Below are positions 24,034 through 36,438 of a DNA stretch of 64,000 bases, one piece after another. This DNA is from Macrostomum hystrix. Its lineage: Eukaryota; Animalia; Platyhelminthes. The position numbers were made by a program, and so were the translations under genes. The stretch spans positions 3,286,001 to 3,350,000 of the forward strand of contig CATNEN010000024.1 of assembly GCA_950097015.1 (NCBI GenBank). The letters are read 5' to 3'. The notes under the pieces are model-generated. The model did not search any database and had not been told where the DNA came from. It saw only the letters and a program-made list of their open reading frames with translations. The first letter of the stretch is position 1, and every line of letters begins with the position of its first letter.

Positions 24034-27000
24034 TCAACTCTGCTGGTTAGAGCTGTTCACATAGTGAAGAGCGTCAGAAACTCGACCGAATTCTGGCAGT
24101 GGCTCGCTAGAAATGATTCTCGCCGTCTCATCTGCTTGATGTTGAATCTGCTGCTGCTGCTGCTGCTGTTGCCAAGTGACCGCTGCGGCCTGATGCCTGG
24201 CGAAGGTGCTGTACAAATCAGTTGGCACGTGCAGCTCGGCCAGGTCGGTGACTCCGGCGCTGCCAACGGCTCCGCCGACGCCAACGATGCCGTCGCCGCA
24301 ATCGCCACCGTAGTACGAGTAGTTGTAGCCGTAGAAGTCTGGAGTAGCTTCTGTTGCGCGACCCGCAGGATAAGAATAACTGTAGGGGCTGTAGTGAAGC
24401 ATTTCATGCTGCGGCCATGCAATCTGATGTGGCTCCTGCTGCTGCTGCTGCTGCTCCTGCTGCTGCTGCTGCTGCTGCTGATACTGGCTGTGATATTGAT
24501 GCTGGCCATAAAAATGCAAAAACTGCTGCTGCTGTTGCTGCTGTTGCTGCTGTTGCTGCTGTTGTTGATGGGGCTGCTGGTGCTGCAGATGCTGATGATG
24601 ACTCTGCTGACTGTGATACTGAAATAGCTGCTGCTGCTGCTGCTGCTGCTGTTGCTGCATCCTCAGATGGCTTACACTGTAGTAGTTGTCTCCATGGTCA
24701 GCACTGGAAGACGCCGCGGCCGATGTTGCTGCTTCGCTCTGCCAGACTTTGTCCTCCTTTTTCAGCACGGCAGCAACGGCTGCCGCTGCCGCCACCGCCG
24801 CCGCCGAGGCAGCCGCTGCCGCCGCGCCTGAGCCGCCGCCGCAGCCGCTGACGCCTCGACAAGCTGCCGCGGATGACGTCGAAGCCTTTGCCAACCGCTG
24901 CGTCTGCCTTGCCGTCCTTGCGCTGCTGCCGGCGTCACCCCGACCTGATGCTGCCGTTCCTAGCGCTCCCATCGACGCTTTTGACATCGGCGCTGGTAGA
25001 GGCGCCGGCGTTGGTAGCAGCTGTGGTTGAGTCTGCTGCTGCTGCTGAGTCTGTTGCTGCTGTTGTATTGTATTCGCCATCAGCGCAGCCTGCTGTCTGA
25101 ATTTTGGCAGCTCTTGACGGGCCTCCTCCAGAGTTAGCTCTTTGCGGTCAAGCCTGCTGCACAGGCCCTTCAGCTGCGGGATTGTGATCCATTGAAGACT
25201 TTTCGGCTTAGTATTAATAATAATTGCAGGAAGGCTGCGGGCAATGGCGCATCATTTGGTGACACTAGACCCGCAGCCAGTGAGATGGCAATTCTGCCCA
25301 TTTCGCCGACTCCTGAGCACACACGCACACAGATACTGTATGCAGGCACACACTCTCACTGTGCCTTGGAGGTTGGCCCTCGATGGGCATAAATTGCACG
25401 ACAAGCCCCGAAGCCTTCTCTCCGCGGCTGCGCCCCAAGTAAATGTGGCCTCGCCAGCAAATCAAGCTCAGTGACCTTGGTGCGAGAGGCAAACGCGTTA
25501 GACCGCTCTGCCACCGACCCCCAGGAGTTTTGAGCTTCGGAAAGCTATCTGATGAGTGACAATACAAGTTCACGAAAATCTGCTTAGTTGCCTGTACGAC
25601 CAATTAACTCATAACTCGTCAGATAACAGCGAAAAATGAGCGGTGAATATTTTCAAATGCGCAGCTACTGTATCTGGGTCGGTTTTAAACGGAGCTAATA
25701 ATCTCTTTTAAAACAGGATTTCGCTAGCCGTTTAACCCAGTTTCAAAATAATTTTGGCTGCAGAGTTGAAGTGTGTGCAGTTTAGCGGGGCCAAAATCTA
25801 GTTTAACTGCTCCATGTGCTAATAACTCAGCATTGCATGAACAAGCTACAGCAGATGCTAAAACACGACATAGGAAGGGAGGGTACACTTGACAATGTCG
25901 AGGTCTTGAGTTGAACACGGTCGTGAATTTAAATAAATTGAAATTGCATAAACAAACTAATAAAGTTGACAAATCATATAAGGAACAGGTTAGGGACAAG
26001 TTAGGAAGTTCAAGTTATCTGAAGATTTTCCAAATGTATTTTTATGATTTCTTGACAAACGGAGAGATGGAAATGTTCAGTACTTTTTAATATTGAATGG
26101 GTCTATGATTTTTTACCATCGGACACATATTCATTGAGCCATCGGGCCAATAGAATACCTCTATGCACGGCTTGGTTTTTACTTTTCCATTGCAAACAGT
26201 TACTAACAGTAGATCTACCATACGGGAGAAATCCCCCCCCTGACAATTTTTTTGCTGCACCCGAACGGAACAATGCAAGCACACGAAACTCAAGAACACG
26301 GACCAACTTTTTGTTGCGCATCTTCTGAAACAAGAAACAAGTCGCCAGCTCTTCAGACCGTCGAGATATTCAATGTTTCGATTTTTCGAAACATTAAAAA
26401 ACTCGATTTTTCCCATAAGAGCTAGTGTATTTCATACACCCCTATACACGAATTTGCACTGCGCCTCAGTGCGGCCTTGCCAGGCCTTCAAATTTTATCA
26501 GCATGTCACCCGAGTGTGCCTGCATCATCTCCGTCTTCGGTGGTCACCTACCTTTATCTAGACATACTGCTGGACCTTCAAGGGCTACAACAGGTGGAAC
26601 TAAGCTACTATGGTCACCCTGACGCGAATTTCTCAAATTTCAATGCTCAAGCCAAATATTAGGCGCAGCTCAACCACAGGACACCATCGCCTAGTCTGTC
26701 AACCAATCAGTCACCACCCAAAGCTGTTAGCATTCGGGCGCTGCCAAAAAAAATTGTCAGGGGGGGGGAGAAATTCCCCCTGTTCTTAGTTCTTAGTCCA
26801 GTTGTTAACTGCCTTCATAAAGAACTAAGGTTCTTACGAGTAGTGGAGATGTCAATGGTTCTTAGTGGTGTGGTCAATGGTTCTTAGTGGTGTGGTCAAT
26901 GGTTCTTAGTGGAGTGGTCTATGGTTCTTAGTGGAGTGGTGAATGGTTCTTAGTGTAGCTGTCTATGGTTCTTAGTGTAGTTGTCTATGGTTCTTAGTGT

Positions 27001-27477
27001 AGTTGTCTATGGTTCTTAGTGAAAGTGCCTATGGTTCTTAGTGGAGATGTCTATGGGTCTTAGTGTAGTTGTCTATGGTTCTTAGTGGCGATGTCTAGAT
27101 GGGTCTTAGTGGAGTTGTCTATGGTTCTTAGTGGAGTTGTCTGTGATTCTTACAAAACCAATGGTTACTAGTTTTTTAAGTTTAGGGTTAATGGTGTTTA
27201 TACAACGACAAGAAAAATCGGTGGACCTCACCATGTCTAGCTGCAGGTAGAGAGCCTCAATCGCTTTCTCCTCTCTGCGGGCGGTTCTCTCCAGAGTCTG
27301 GTAGCGCAGCTTCTTTCTTTTCCTACACTCTCTAGCCGACTGTTTGCTCTTCTCGTGCACTGTCGACTGCTCGCTGCTTGTTCGACTGTCGCAACTTCTG
27401 GCACGCTCCATCGTCCCGTAGCAGTCAGCCATACTCCGAGGTGGCCGGGCTAGCTTCCTAGAAATCATTCGTCGGTT
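24034..27477 (-). CDS. CREBL2: CREBL2-like bZIP protein with long Q/A-rich C-terminal extension
   Basis: join(complement 27232..27477, 24034..25173). EKSKQSARECRKRKKLRYQTLE...EKAIEALYLQLDM|LKGLCSRLD matches the CREBL2 pattern (RQSARECRARKKLRYQYLE...ELEM|YKQWC). The donor is ATG|GTGAGG and the acceptor CGCAG|CTG, phase 0. An in-frame ATG lies at 27468; an upstream exon is possible. Confidence 0.8.
25211..25517 (-). mobile_element. SINE family A, near full-length, in the CREBL2-like intron
   Basis: The tail AATAATAATTGC, the body GTGACACTAGACCCGCAGCC...AAATTGCACGACAAGCCCC and the head GTTAGACCGCTCTGCCACCGA are all present. Confidence 0.9.
26223..26780. mobile_element. Possible decayed MITE (imperfect inverted repeats of about 40 bp)
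   Basis: CCCCCCCCTGACAATTTTTTTGCTGCACCCGAACG (about 26233-26267) versus CATTCGGGCGCTGCCAAAAAAAATTGTCAGGGGGGGGG (26731-26768). No TSD found. Confidence 0.5.
26850..27140. repeat. 22-bp minisatellite near the CREBL2-like donor
   Basis: Unit GTCTATGGTTCTTAGTG(G/T)AG(T/A)T, about 13 copies. Confidence 0.92.
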
Positions 27478-27589
27478 CTGAGTGCATGCAGCCAGATAAA
27501 TTACGTGAACTGCACCTATGTCTCCTACAGAATTTTCGGCACCTGGGCAGTTCTGCTGCTTCAACCAATGCCTTGAATCCCACTCAATT

Positions 27590-28235
27590 AACAACTCCTA
27601 AACTGCCTCACTCCCTGCCTCCTTACATGTCTTACTCCCCTCCTCCTAATCTTCCTTACTCCAAGCCTCCTTACATGTATCGCTCTCCGCCTCCTAAACT
27701 GCCTCACTCACCGCCTCCTAAACTGCCTCACTCACCGCCTCCTAAACTGCCTCACTCACCGCCTCCTAAACTGCCTCACTCACCGCCTCCTAAACTGCCT
27801 CACTCACCGCCTCCTAAACTGCCTCACTCACCGCCTCCTAAACTGCCTCACTCACCGCCTCCTAAACTGCCTCACTCACCGCCTCCTAAGCTGCCTCACT
27901 CATCGCCTCCTAAACTGCCTCAAAACCGCCTCCTAAACTGCCTCACTCATCACCTCCTAAACTGCCTCAATCACCGCCTCCTAAACTGCCTCACTCATCA
28001 CCTCCTAAACTGCCTCACTCATCACCTCCTAAACTGCCTCACTCACCGCCTCCTAAACTGCCTCACTCATCACCTCCTAAACTGCCTCACTCATCACCTC
28101 CTAAACTGCCTCACTCACCGCCTCCTAAACCGCCTCACTCACCGCCTCCTAAGCTGCCTCACTCATCGCCTCCTAAACTGCCTCAAAACCGCCTCCTAAA
28201 CTGCCTCACTCATCACCTCCTAAACTGCCTCAATC
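27590..28235. repeat. 24-bp minisatellite upstream of the CREBL2-like exon
   Basis: Unit CTCACCGCCTCCTAAACTGCCTCA with CTCATCACC variants. The minus strand reads GCGGTGAGTGAGG. Confidence 0.95.
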
Positions 28236-29014
28236 ACTGTCTCTTCTCGCTGAAAGTTCCATCTTCCCAGATCGCAAACACTGCTGGCTTGTCAAACAAG
28301 CGATTGTTTCGACGCATCTTTAAAGAGCTCATTTGACGACATCTCGAAGCGGTGACGTTAGGATTAAAATTAGACAATTAAATTGGATCAAAAATTTTCA
28401 CCTTCCGTAACGGCTTGGTTTAAAGCGCATGCGGCATATTCTTCAAGCTCCTTTTGATTTTTTTCTCCGCCCAAGCCAGTTTGACTGCATAGCAAGGCCG
28501 CCAAATAAATGTGAACTAAAAAAGGGTTTCTGTCGGTTTCTTTGGAAACAAACCAGGGCGGCCTTCCAAATAATAGGAAGAGAGGCGAGGAAGGGGCGGA
28601 GTCAGAGAAGGATCGAGACAGGAGTCAAGCCGGTGGACCCGGCCGCCCGCCGCCCCCTCTGAACCTTTTTTCATTTTTATTTCGCAGTTTTCACTCTCCA
28701 ACATCGGGTTAGTCTAGTGCGCAATGAAAAAGTAACCTCCCAATTTTGCTCTGCTTTTTCCTATGTATCTTTGGGCCTGCCTATGGATGTGTCTCTTCAT
28801 TCAGTTTCGAGTATACTTGTCTCCTTCAAATTCCTACCGTCTGGGAATTCACATTCTCTTTCTTTGTACCTGAAAATTAATTTCTGAATAAAAGGTCGGC
28901 CTAAATATTTTCCTTGAAGTCAAAGAATATTTCATTTGAAATGATTACTGACCCGCCACTGCGTCTGATGTACTCACTCAACAAATTAGTCTACTTTACA
29001 CCGGCTAGTTCTGA

Positions 29015-31585
29015 CTGGGTCTGTGAGAGTGGCAGGTCTGTGAGTATGTCAGGTCTGTCAGTGAGTGACTGTCAGGTCTGTGAGAGAGTGACTGTCAGGT
29101 CTGTTAGAGAGTGACTGTCAGGTCTGTGAGAGAGTGACTGTCAGGTCTGTTAGAGAGTGACTGTCAGGTCTGTGAGAGAGTGACTGTCAGGTCTGTGAGA
29201 GAGTGACTGTCAGGTCTGTGAGAGAGTGACTGTCAGGTCTGTCAGTGAGTGACTGTCAGGTCTGTGAGAGAGTGACTGTCAGGTCTGTGAGAGAGTGACT
29301 GTCAGGTCTGTCAGTGAGTGACTGTCAGGTCTGTGAGAGAGTGACTGTCAGGTCTGTGAGAGAGTGACTGTCAGGTCTGTGAGAGAGTGACTGTCAGGTC
29401 TGTTAGAGAGTAACAGACAGGTCTGTGAGAGAGTGACTGTCAGATCTGTGAGAGAGTGACTGTCAGGTCTGTCAGTGAGTGACTGTCAGGTCTGTGAGAG
29501 AGTGACTGTCAGGTCTGTGAGAGAGTGACTGTCAGGTCTGTCAGTGAGTGACTGTCAGGTCTGTGAGAGAGTGACTGTCAGGTCTGTGAGAGAGTGACTG
29601 TCAGGTCTGTGAGAGAGTGACTGTCAGGTCTGTGAGAGAGTGACTGTCAGGTCTGTTAGAGAGTGACTGTCAGGTCTGTGAGAGAGTGACTGTCAGGTCT
29701 GTGAGAGAGTGACTGTCAGGTCTGTGAGAGAGTGACTGTCAGGTCTGTCAGTGAGTGACTGTCAGGTCTGTGAGAGAGTGACTGTCAGGTCTGTGAGAGA
29801 GTGACTGTCAGGTCTGTGAGAGAGTGACTGTCAGGTCTGTGAGAGAGTGACTGTCAGGTCTGTGAGAGAGTGACTGTCAGGTCTGTGAGAGAGTGACTGT
29901 CAGGTCTGTGAGAGAGTGACTGTCAGGTCTGTTAGAGAGTGACTGTCAGGTCTGTGAGAGAGTGACTGTCAGGTCTGTTAGAGAGTGACTGTCAGGTCTG
30001 TGAGAGAGTGACTGTCAGGTCTGTGAGAGAGTGACTGTCAGGTCTGTTAGAGAGTGACTGTCAGGTCTGTGAGAGAGTGACTGTCAGGTCCATGTGAGTG
30101 ACTGTCAGGCCTGTGTGAGTGACAGACAGGTCTGTGAGAGAGACAGTCAGGTCTTTGATAGAGTGACAGACAGGTCTGTGAGTGAGTGTCATATCCGTGA
30201 GAGAGTGACTGTCAGGTCTGTGAGAGAGTGACTGTCAGGTCTGTGAGAGAGTGACTGTCAGGTCTGTGAGAGAGTGACTGTCAGGTCTGTTAGAGAGTAA
30301 CAGACAGGTCTGTGAGAGAGTGACTGTCAGATCTGTGAGAGTGACTGTCAGATCTGTGAGAGTGACTGTCAGATCTGTGAGAGTGACTGTCAGATCTGTG
30401 AGAGTGACTGTCAGATCTGTCTGACTGTCAGGTCTGTAAGAGAGACAGTCAGGTCTGTGTGAGTGACTGTCAGGCCTGTGTGAGTGACAGACAGGTCTGT
30501 GAGAGAGACAGTCAGGTCTTTGATAGAGTGACAGACAGGTCTGTGAGTGAGTGTCATATCCGTGAGAGAGTGACTGTCAGGTCTGTGAGAGAGTGACTGT
30601 CAGGTCTGTTAGAGAGTGACTGTCAGGTCTGTTAGAGAGTGACTGTCAGGTCTGTTAGAGAGTGACTGTCAGGTCTGTTAGAGAGTGACTGTCAGGTCTG
30701 TGAGAGAGTGACTGTCAGGTCTGTGAGAGAGTGACTGTCAGGTCTGTTAGAGAGTGACTGTCAGGTCTGTGAGAGAGTGACTGTCAGGTCTGTTAGAGAG
30801 TGACTGTCAGGTCTGTGAGAGAGTGACTGTCAGGTCTGTGAGAGAGTGACTGTCAGGTCTGTTAGAGAGTGACTGTCAGGTCTGTTAGAGAGTGACTGTC
30901 AGGTCTGTGAGAGAGTGACTGTCAGGTCTATGTGAGTGACTGTCAGGCCTGTGTGAGTGACAGACAGGTCTGTGAGAGAGACAGTCAGGTCTTTGATAGA
31001 GTGACAGACAGGTCTGTGAGTGAGTGTCATATCCGTGAGAGAGTGACTGTCAGGTCTGTGAGAGAGTGACTGTCAGGTCTGTGAGAGAGTGACTGTCAGG
31101 TCTGTGAGAGAGTGACTGTCAGGTCTGTTAGAGAGTAACAGACAGGTCTGTGAGAGAGTGACTGTCAGATCTGTGAGAGTGACTGTCAGATCTGTGAGAG
31201 TGACTGTCAGATCTGTGAGAGTGACTGTCAGATCTGTCTGACTGTCAGGTCTGTAAGAGAGACAGTCAGGTCTGTGTGAGTGACTGTCAGGCCTGTGTGA
31301 GTGACAGACAGGTCTGTGAGAGAGACAGTCAGGTCTTTGATAGAGTGACAGACAGGTCTGTGAGTGAGTGTCATATCCGTGAGAGAGTGACTGTCAGGTC
31401 TGTGAGAGAGTGACTGTCAGGTCTGTTAGAGAGTGACTGTCAGGTCTGTTAGAGAGTGACTGTCAGGTCTGTTAGAGAGTGACTGTCAGGTCTGTTAGAG
31501 AGTGACTGTCAGGTCTGTTAGAGAGTGACTGTCAGGTCTGTTAGAGAGTGACTGTTAGGTGTGTTAGAGAGTGACTGTCAGGTTG
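29015..31585. repeat. 23-bp minisatellite with higher-order structure
   Basis: Unit GACTGTCAGGTCTGT(G/T)AGAGAGT. A diagnostic variant (GTCTTTGATAG...GTCATATCCG) recurs at 30151, 30516, 30989 and 31333. Confidence 0.97.
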
Positions 31586-31674
31586 ACAGTTCAAAGTTTA
31601 GCTGAACTAAAATCTGATGGCCTCCTCAAAACAGGCAACTGCAATGATAAACTCGTTCGTAACTAATTGGAATT

Positions 31675-32290
31675 CAGATGGAAAATACATGGAAACTGCA
31701 TGAAAACGGCATGGAAACTACATGGAAACAGGATGGAAACAGTATGGAAACTGCTTGGAAACTGCATGGAAACTACATGGAAACTGGATGGAAACTACAT
31801 GGAAACTGGATCGAAACAGTATGGCAACTGCTTGGAAACTGCATGGAAACTGCTTGGAAACTGCATAGAAACTGCATAGAAACTGCATGAAAACTAAATG
31901 GAAACAGCATGGAAATTGCAGGGAAACTGCAGGGAAACTGCATGAAAACCGCATAAAAACTGCAGGGAAACTGCATGGAAACTAAATGGAAACAGCATGG
32001 AAACTGCAGGGAAACTGCATGAAAACCGTATAGAAAGTGCATGGAAACTGCATGGTAAGTCCATTGAAACAGTATGGGAAACTGCATGAATACCGCATGG
32101 AAACGGCATAGAAACTACATGGAAACGACATGGAAACAGTCTGGAAAAAGTATGACTTTGCATTAAAACGATATGAAAGCATCATAAAAACAGTTCGGAA
32201 GCCTTATGGAAACGTGTCGAAGTCATTAGGAACCCGTATGGAAAATGAATAGAAACCACCGGAAACTGCATGGAAACCGTATATAAACCC
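31675..32290. repeat. Degenerate 11-bp repeat
   Basis: Unit GGAAACTGCAT with many substitutions. Confidence 0.9.
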
Positions 32291-32724
32291 TATTAACTTA
32301 GCATTACGAAGGCAGCAATTAATTTCGTAAGAACTAAATTTACCTGCAGCGGTCTCAGTTCCAGTTGTACTTAATCTCAATGGGAAGCAGTGGATCAGGA
32401 TCTGAATATTTTAGTTGCAGCGTTAGAGTATTTCAAAGCTGCATGCTAACTCTTTCATGGTTTAGTTTTTATAGAACAAAACTGCTGCTGATGCTTTTGA
32501 AACCACTTTTTCATTAGCACTGCGACTGCTTTCTCATCTGCCCGGGTGGGGCAGCAGCCAATCAAAGGCAGTACGGAGGGGGGAAGTAAGGCAGAAGTGC
32601 TTTGTTAAAGGTGGAAGGCGGAGTAAAAAGTATGCATGCTGCATGAGGGGCCCCTCATTTGAGACTGCCGTTTTGCCCTGCAGGATTTCCGCTTCCTCCA
32701 CTTTCCGTACAGTCTCCACATCCT

Positions 32725-33450
32725 CCACTGGATCACCCACCGCATCCTCCACTGCCTCCACAGCATCCTCCACTGTATCATCCATCGCATCTCCCACCGC
32801 ATCCTCCACTGTATCATCCATCGCATCTCCCACCGCATCCTCCACTGTATCATCCACTGTATCATCCACCGCATCTCCCACCGCATCCTCCACTGTATCA
32901 TCCACTGTATCATCCACCGCATCGTCCACCGCATCCTCCACTGTATCATCCATCGCATCTCCCACCGCATCCTCCACTGTATCATCCATCGCATCTCCCA
33001 CCGCATCCTCCACTGTATCATCCACTGTATCATCCACCGCATCTCCCACCGCATCCTCCACTGTATCATCCACTGTATCATCCACCGCATCGTCCACCGC
33101 ATCCTCCACTGTATCATCCATCGCATCTCCCACCGCATCCTCCACTGTATCATCCATCGCATCTCCCACCGCATCCTCCACTGTATCATCCACTGTATCA
33201 TCCACCGCATCGTCCACCGCATCCACCACTGTATCATCCATCGCATCTCCCACCGCATCCTCCACTGTATCATCCACCGCATCGTCCACCGCATCCTCCA
33301 CTGTATCATCCATCGCATCTCCCACCGCATCCTCCACTGTATCATCCAATGTATCATCCACCGCATCCTCCACCGCATCCTCCACTGTATCATCCATCGC
33401 ATCTCCCACCGCATCCTCCACTGTATCATCCATCGCATCTCCCACCGCAT
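32725..33450. repeat. 12-bp-modular tandem repeat
   Basis: Modules CCACTGTATCAT, CCATCGCATCTC and CCACCGCATCCT in mixed order. All modules are multiples of 3, so reading frames stay open. Confidence 0.93.
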
Positions 33451-36438
33451 CAAAGTCATGGATTGAACTGTTAAAATAGATAAAATGGTGCGATGGTGGA
33501 AATCAGGAATCAAATTTTCATATTTAAATTTTGCCACCATTAAACATCCCACAATATTGGATTGATTTTCTTTAACTTTACAATTATCTTTATTCAAGAC
33601 AGCATTTTCTTTCTCGTTGTTGTCTGAGAACCAAGAGATCCTGTAGATCAAACTTATTAATTCATAGGCATGATGCATAGTCTAGACCAATCTGTGAGGC
33701 ATAGTCTAGACCAATCTGTGAGGCATAGTCTAGACCAATCTGTGAGGCATAGTCTAGTCTAGACCAATCTGTGAGGCATAGTCTAGACCAATCTGTGAGG
33801 CATAGTCTAGACCAATCTGTGAGGCATAGTCTAGACCAATCTGTGAGGCATAGTCTAGACCAATCTGTGAGGCATAGTCTAGACCAATCTGTGAGGCATA
33901 GTCTAGACCAATCTGTGAGGCATAGTCTAGACCAATCTGTGAGGCATAGTCTAGTCTAGACCAATCTGTGAGGCATAGTCCAGACCAATCTGTGATGCAT
34001 AGTCCAGACCAATCTGTGATGCATAGTCTAGACCAATCTGTGAGGCATAGTCTAGACCAATCTGTGAGGTATAGTCTAGGCCAATCTGTGAGGCATAGTC
34101 TAGGCCAATCTGTGAGGCATAGTCTAGACCAATCTGTGAGGCATAGTCTAGACCAATCTGTGAGGCATAGTCTAGACCAATCTGTGAGGTATAGTCTAGA
34201 CCAATCTGTGAGGCATAGTCTAGACCAATCTGTGAGGCATAGTCTAGGCCAATCTGTGAGGCATAGTCTAGGCCAATCTGTGAGGCATAGTCTAGACCAA
34301 TCTGTGAGGCATAGTCTAGACCAATCTGTGAGGCATAGTCTAGACGAATCTGTGAGGCATAGTCTAGACCAATCTTTGAGGCATAGTCTACACCAATCTT
34401 TGAGGCATAGTCTAGACCAATCTGTGAGGCATAGTCTAGACCAATCTTTGAGGCATAGTCTAGACCAATCTGTGAGGCATAGTCTAGACCAATCTTTGAG
34501 GCATAGTCTAGACCAATCTGTGAGGCATAGTCTAGACCAATCTGTGAGGCATAGTCTAGACCAATCTTTGAGGCATAGTCTAGACCAATCTGTGAGGCAT
34601 AGTCTAGACCAATCTGTGAGGCATAGTCTAGACCAATCTGTGAGGCATAGACTCCTTCCATAAATTAATTAGCTGCATAAATTTCAGTCAGTGCCTTTTT
34701 TAGGCCAAAAAATGCTTGCGAATGCTTGAGCATCGCAAACATTTGAATAGCTTTTTTCTCAGGAAAAATTATATAAATTTAGTTCATGAACAACCAAATG
34801 AGTTGATTTACACAGGGTCGAAATAGAAAATGTTAATTAATTAACACCAAATCATGAATTTTGACGATGCCATTTGTGTAAGAAAGAATCAGGATATTTG
34901 TATTCTATTTCATTGAAAAGCGCCAAATTTCTTGCACACACAGAATATGTATTATTTCTCTTTAGTTCAGTATCCCAGCAAGCTTGTTAGTCCATTAAAT
35001 ATATGCCCGCGCACTGCTTTAAGATGCATAAGTAGCACTGCAGCCATCGTATTTTGTCCTCAATTGGCGACACAGAAACTGCAAGATTGTTTCACTCTCT
35101 CAGCGACCTCTTTCTGGAGAGAGGGAGAGAGAGCGCAGTTCGACTAGTAAGGTAGACAATTCATCCCGCCGGCCCCTCTAGAGAGTAGAGCATTTAGGTT
35201 CACGTCCCACAGGCTTGCATGTATTAAATCTATACTATATGGTGCAAGTCACTCGTACAGGTGCACCTCCTTGCTAGTTAAATTTGCTACGTAGTTTGCT
35301 GAATATGAAATCGTTTACAGTGAACAATTTTCACGGTCTGAATTCTTAGATTTTTTATTTTGTGCACTTTCTCACACAAAAATTGCATGCTGATGTAATG
35401 TCGGGAAATTTGAAAAATTACTTCTAGCATTTTGGCATTAGAATTCTAGATCCGACATCTCTAGATAGATTGTTTTTATTGACCTTCAGATTCTGGTTAA
35501 TGGACTTCTGGACAATGCCTCACAGATTGGTCTAGACTATGCCTCACAGATTGGTCTAGACTATGCCTCACAGGTTGGTCTAGACTATGCCTCACAGATT
35601 GGTCTAGACTATGCCTCACAGATTGGTCTAGACTATGCCTCACAGGTTGGTCTAGACTATGCCTCACAGATTGGTCTAGACTATGCCTCACAGGTTGGTC
35701 TAGACTATGCCTCACTGATTGGTCTAGACTATGCCTCACAGATTGGTCTAGACTATGCCTCACAGATTGTTCTAGACTATGCCTCACAGATTGGTCTAGA
35801 CTATGCCTCACAGGTTGGTCTAGACTATGCCTCACAGATTGGTCTAGACTATGCCTCACAGATTGGTCTAGACTATGCCTCACAGATTGGTCTAGACTAT
35901 GCCTCACAGGTTGGTCTAGACTATGCCTCACAGGTTGGTCTAGACTATGCCTCACAGATTGGTCTAGACTATGCCTCACAGATTGGTCTAGACTATGCCT
36001 CACAGATTGGTCTAGACTATGCCTCACAGATTGGTCTAGACTATGCCTCAAAGATTGGTGTAGACTATGCCTCAAAGATTGGTCTAGACTATGCTTCACA
36101 GATTGGTCTAGACTATGCCTCACAGATTGGTCTAGACTATGCCTCACAGATTGGTCTAGACTATGCCTCACAGATTGGTCTAGACTATGCCTCACAGATT
36201 GGTCTAGACTATGCATCATGCCTATGAATTAATAAGTTTGGTCTACAGGATGTCTTGGTTCTCAGACAACAACGAGAAAGAAAATGCTGTCTTGAATAAA
36301 GATAATTGTAAAGTTAAAGAAAATCAATCCAATATTGTGGGATGTTTAATGGTGGCAAAATTTAAATATGAAAATTTGATTCCTGATTTCCACCATCGCA
36401 CCATTTTATCTATTTTAACAGTTCAATCCATGACTTTG
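33451..36438. mobile_element. Foldback-like element: long modular inverted repeats around a spacer of about 870 bp
   Basis: 33451-33680 is the reverse complement of 36205-36438 (2 mismatches seen). Each is followed inward by an array of the 24-bp unit CATAGTCTAGACCAATCTGTGAGG (33675-34648, and inverted at 35515-36205). No TSD and no transposase ORF. Confidence 0.75.

Noticed and set aside
24022-24627. 201-aa poly-Leu plus-strand ORF resembling a membrane protein
   Set aside because: It is the antisense reading of the CAG/CAA poly-Q tract of the CREBL2-like exon.
27486-28199. Extensin-like (SPPPKLPH)n ORF
   Set aside because: It is a translation of the 24-bp array on the strand opposite the CREBL2-like gene, with no signal peptide.
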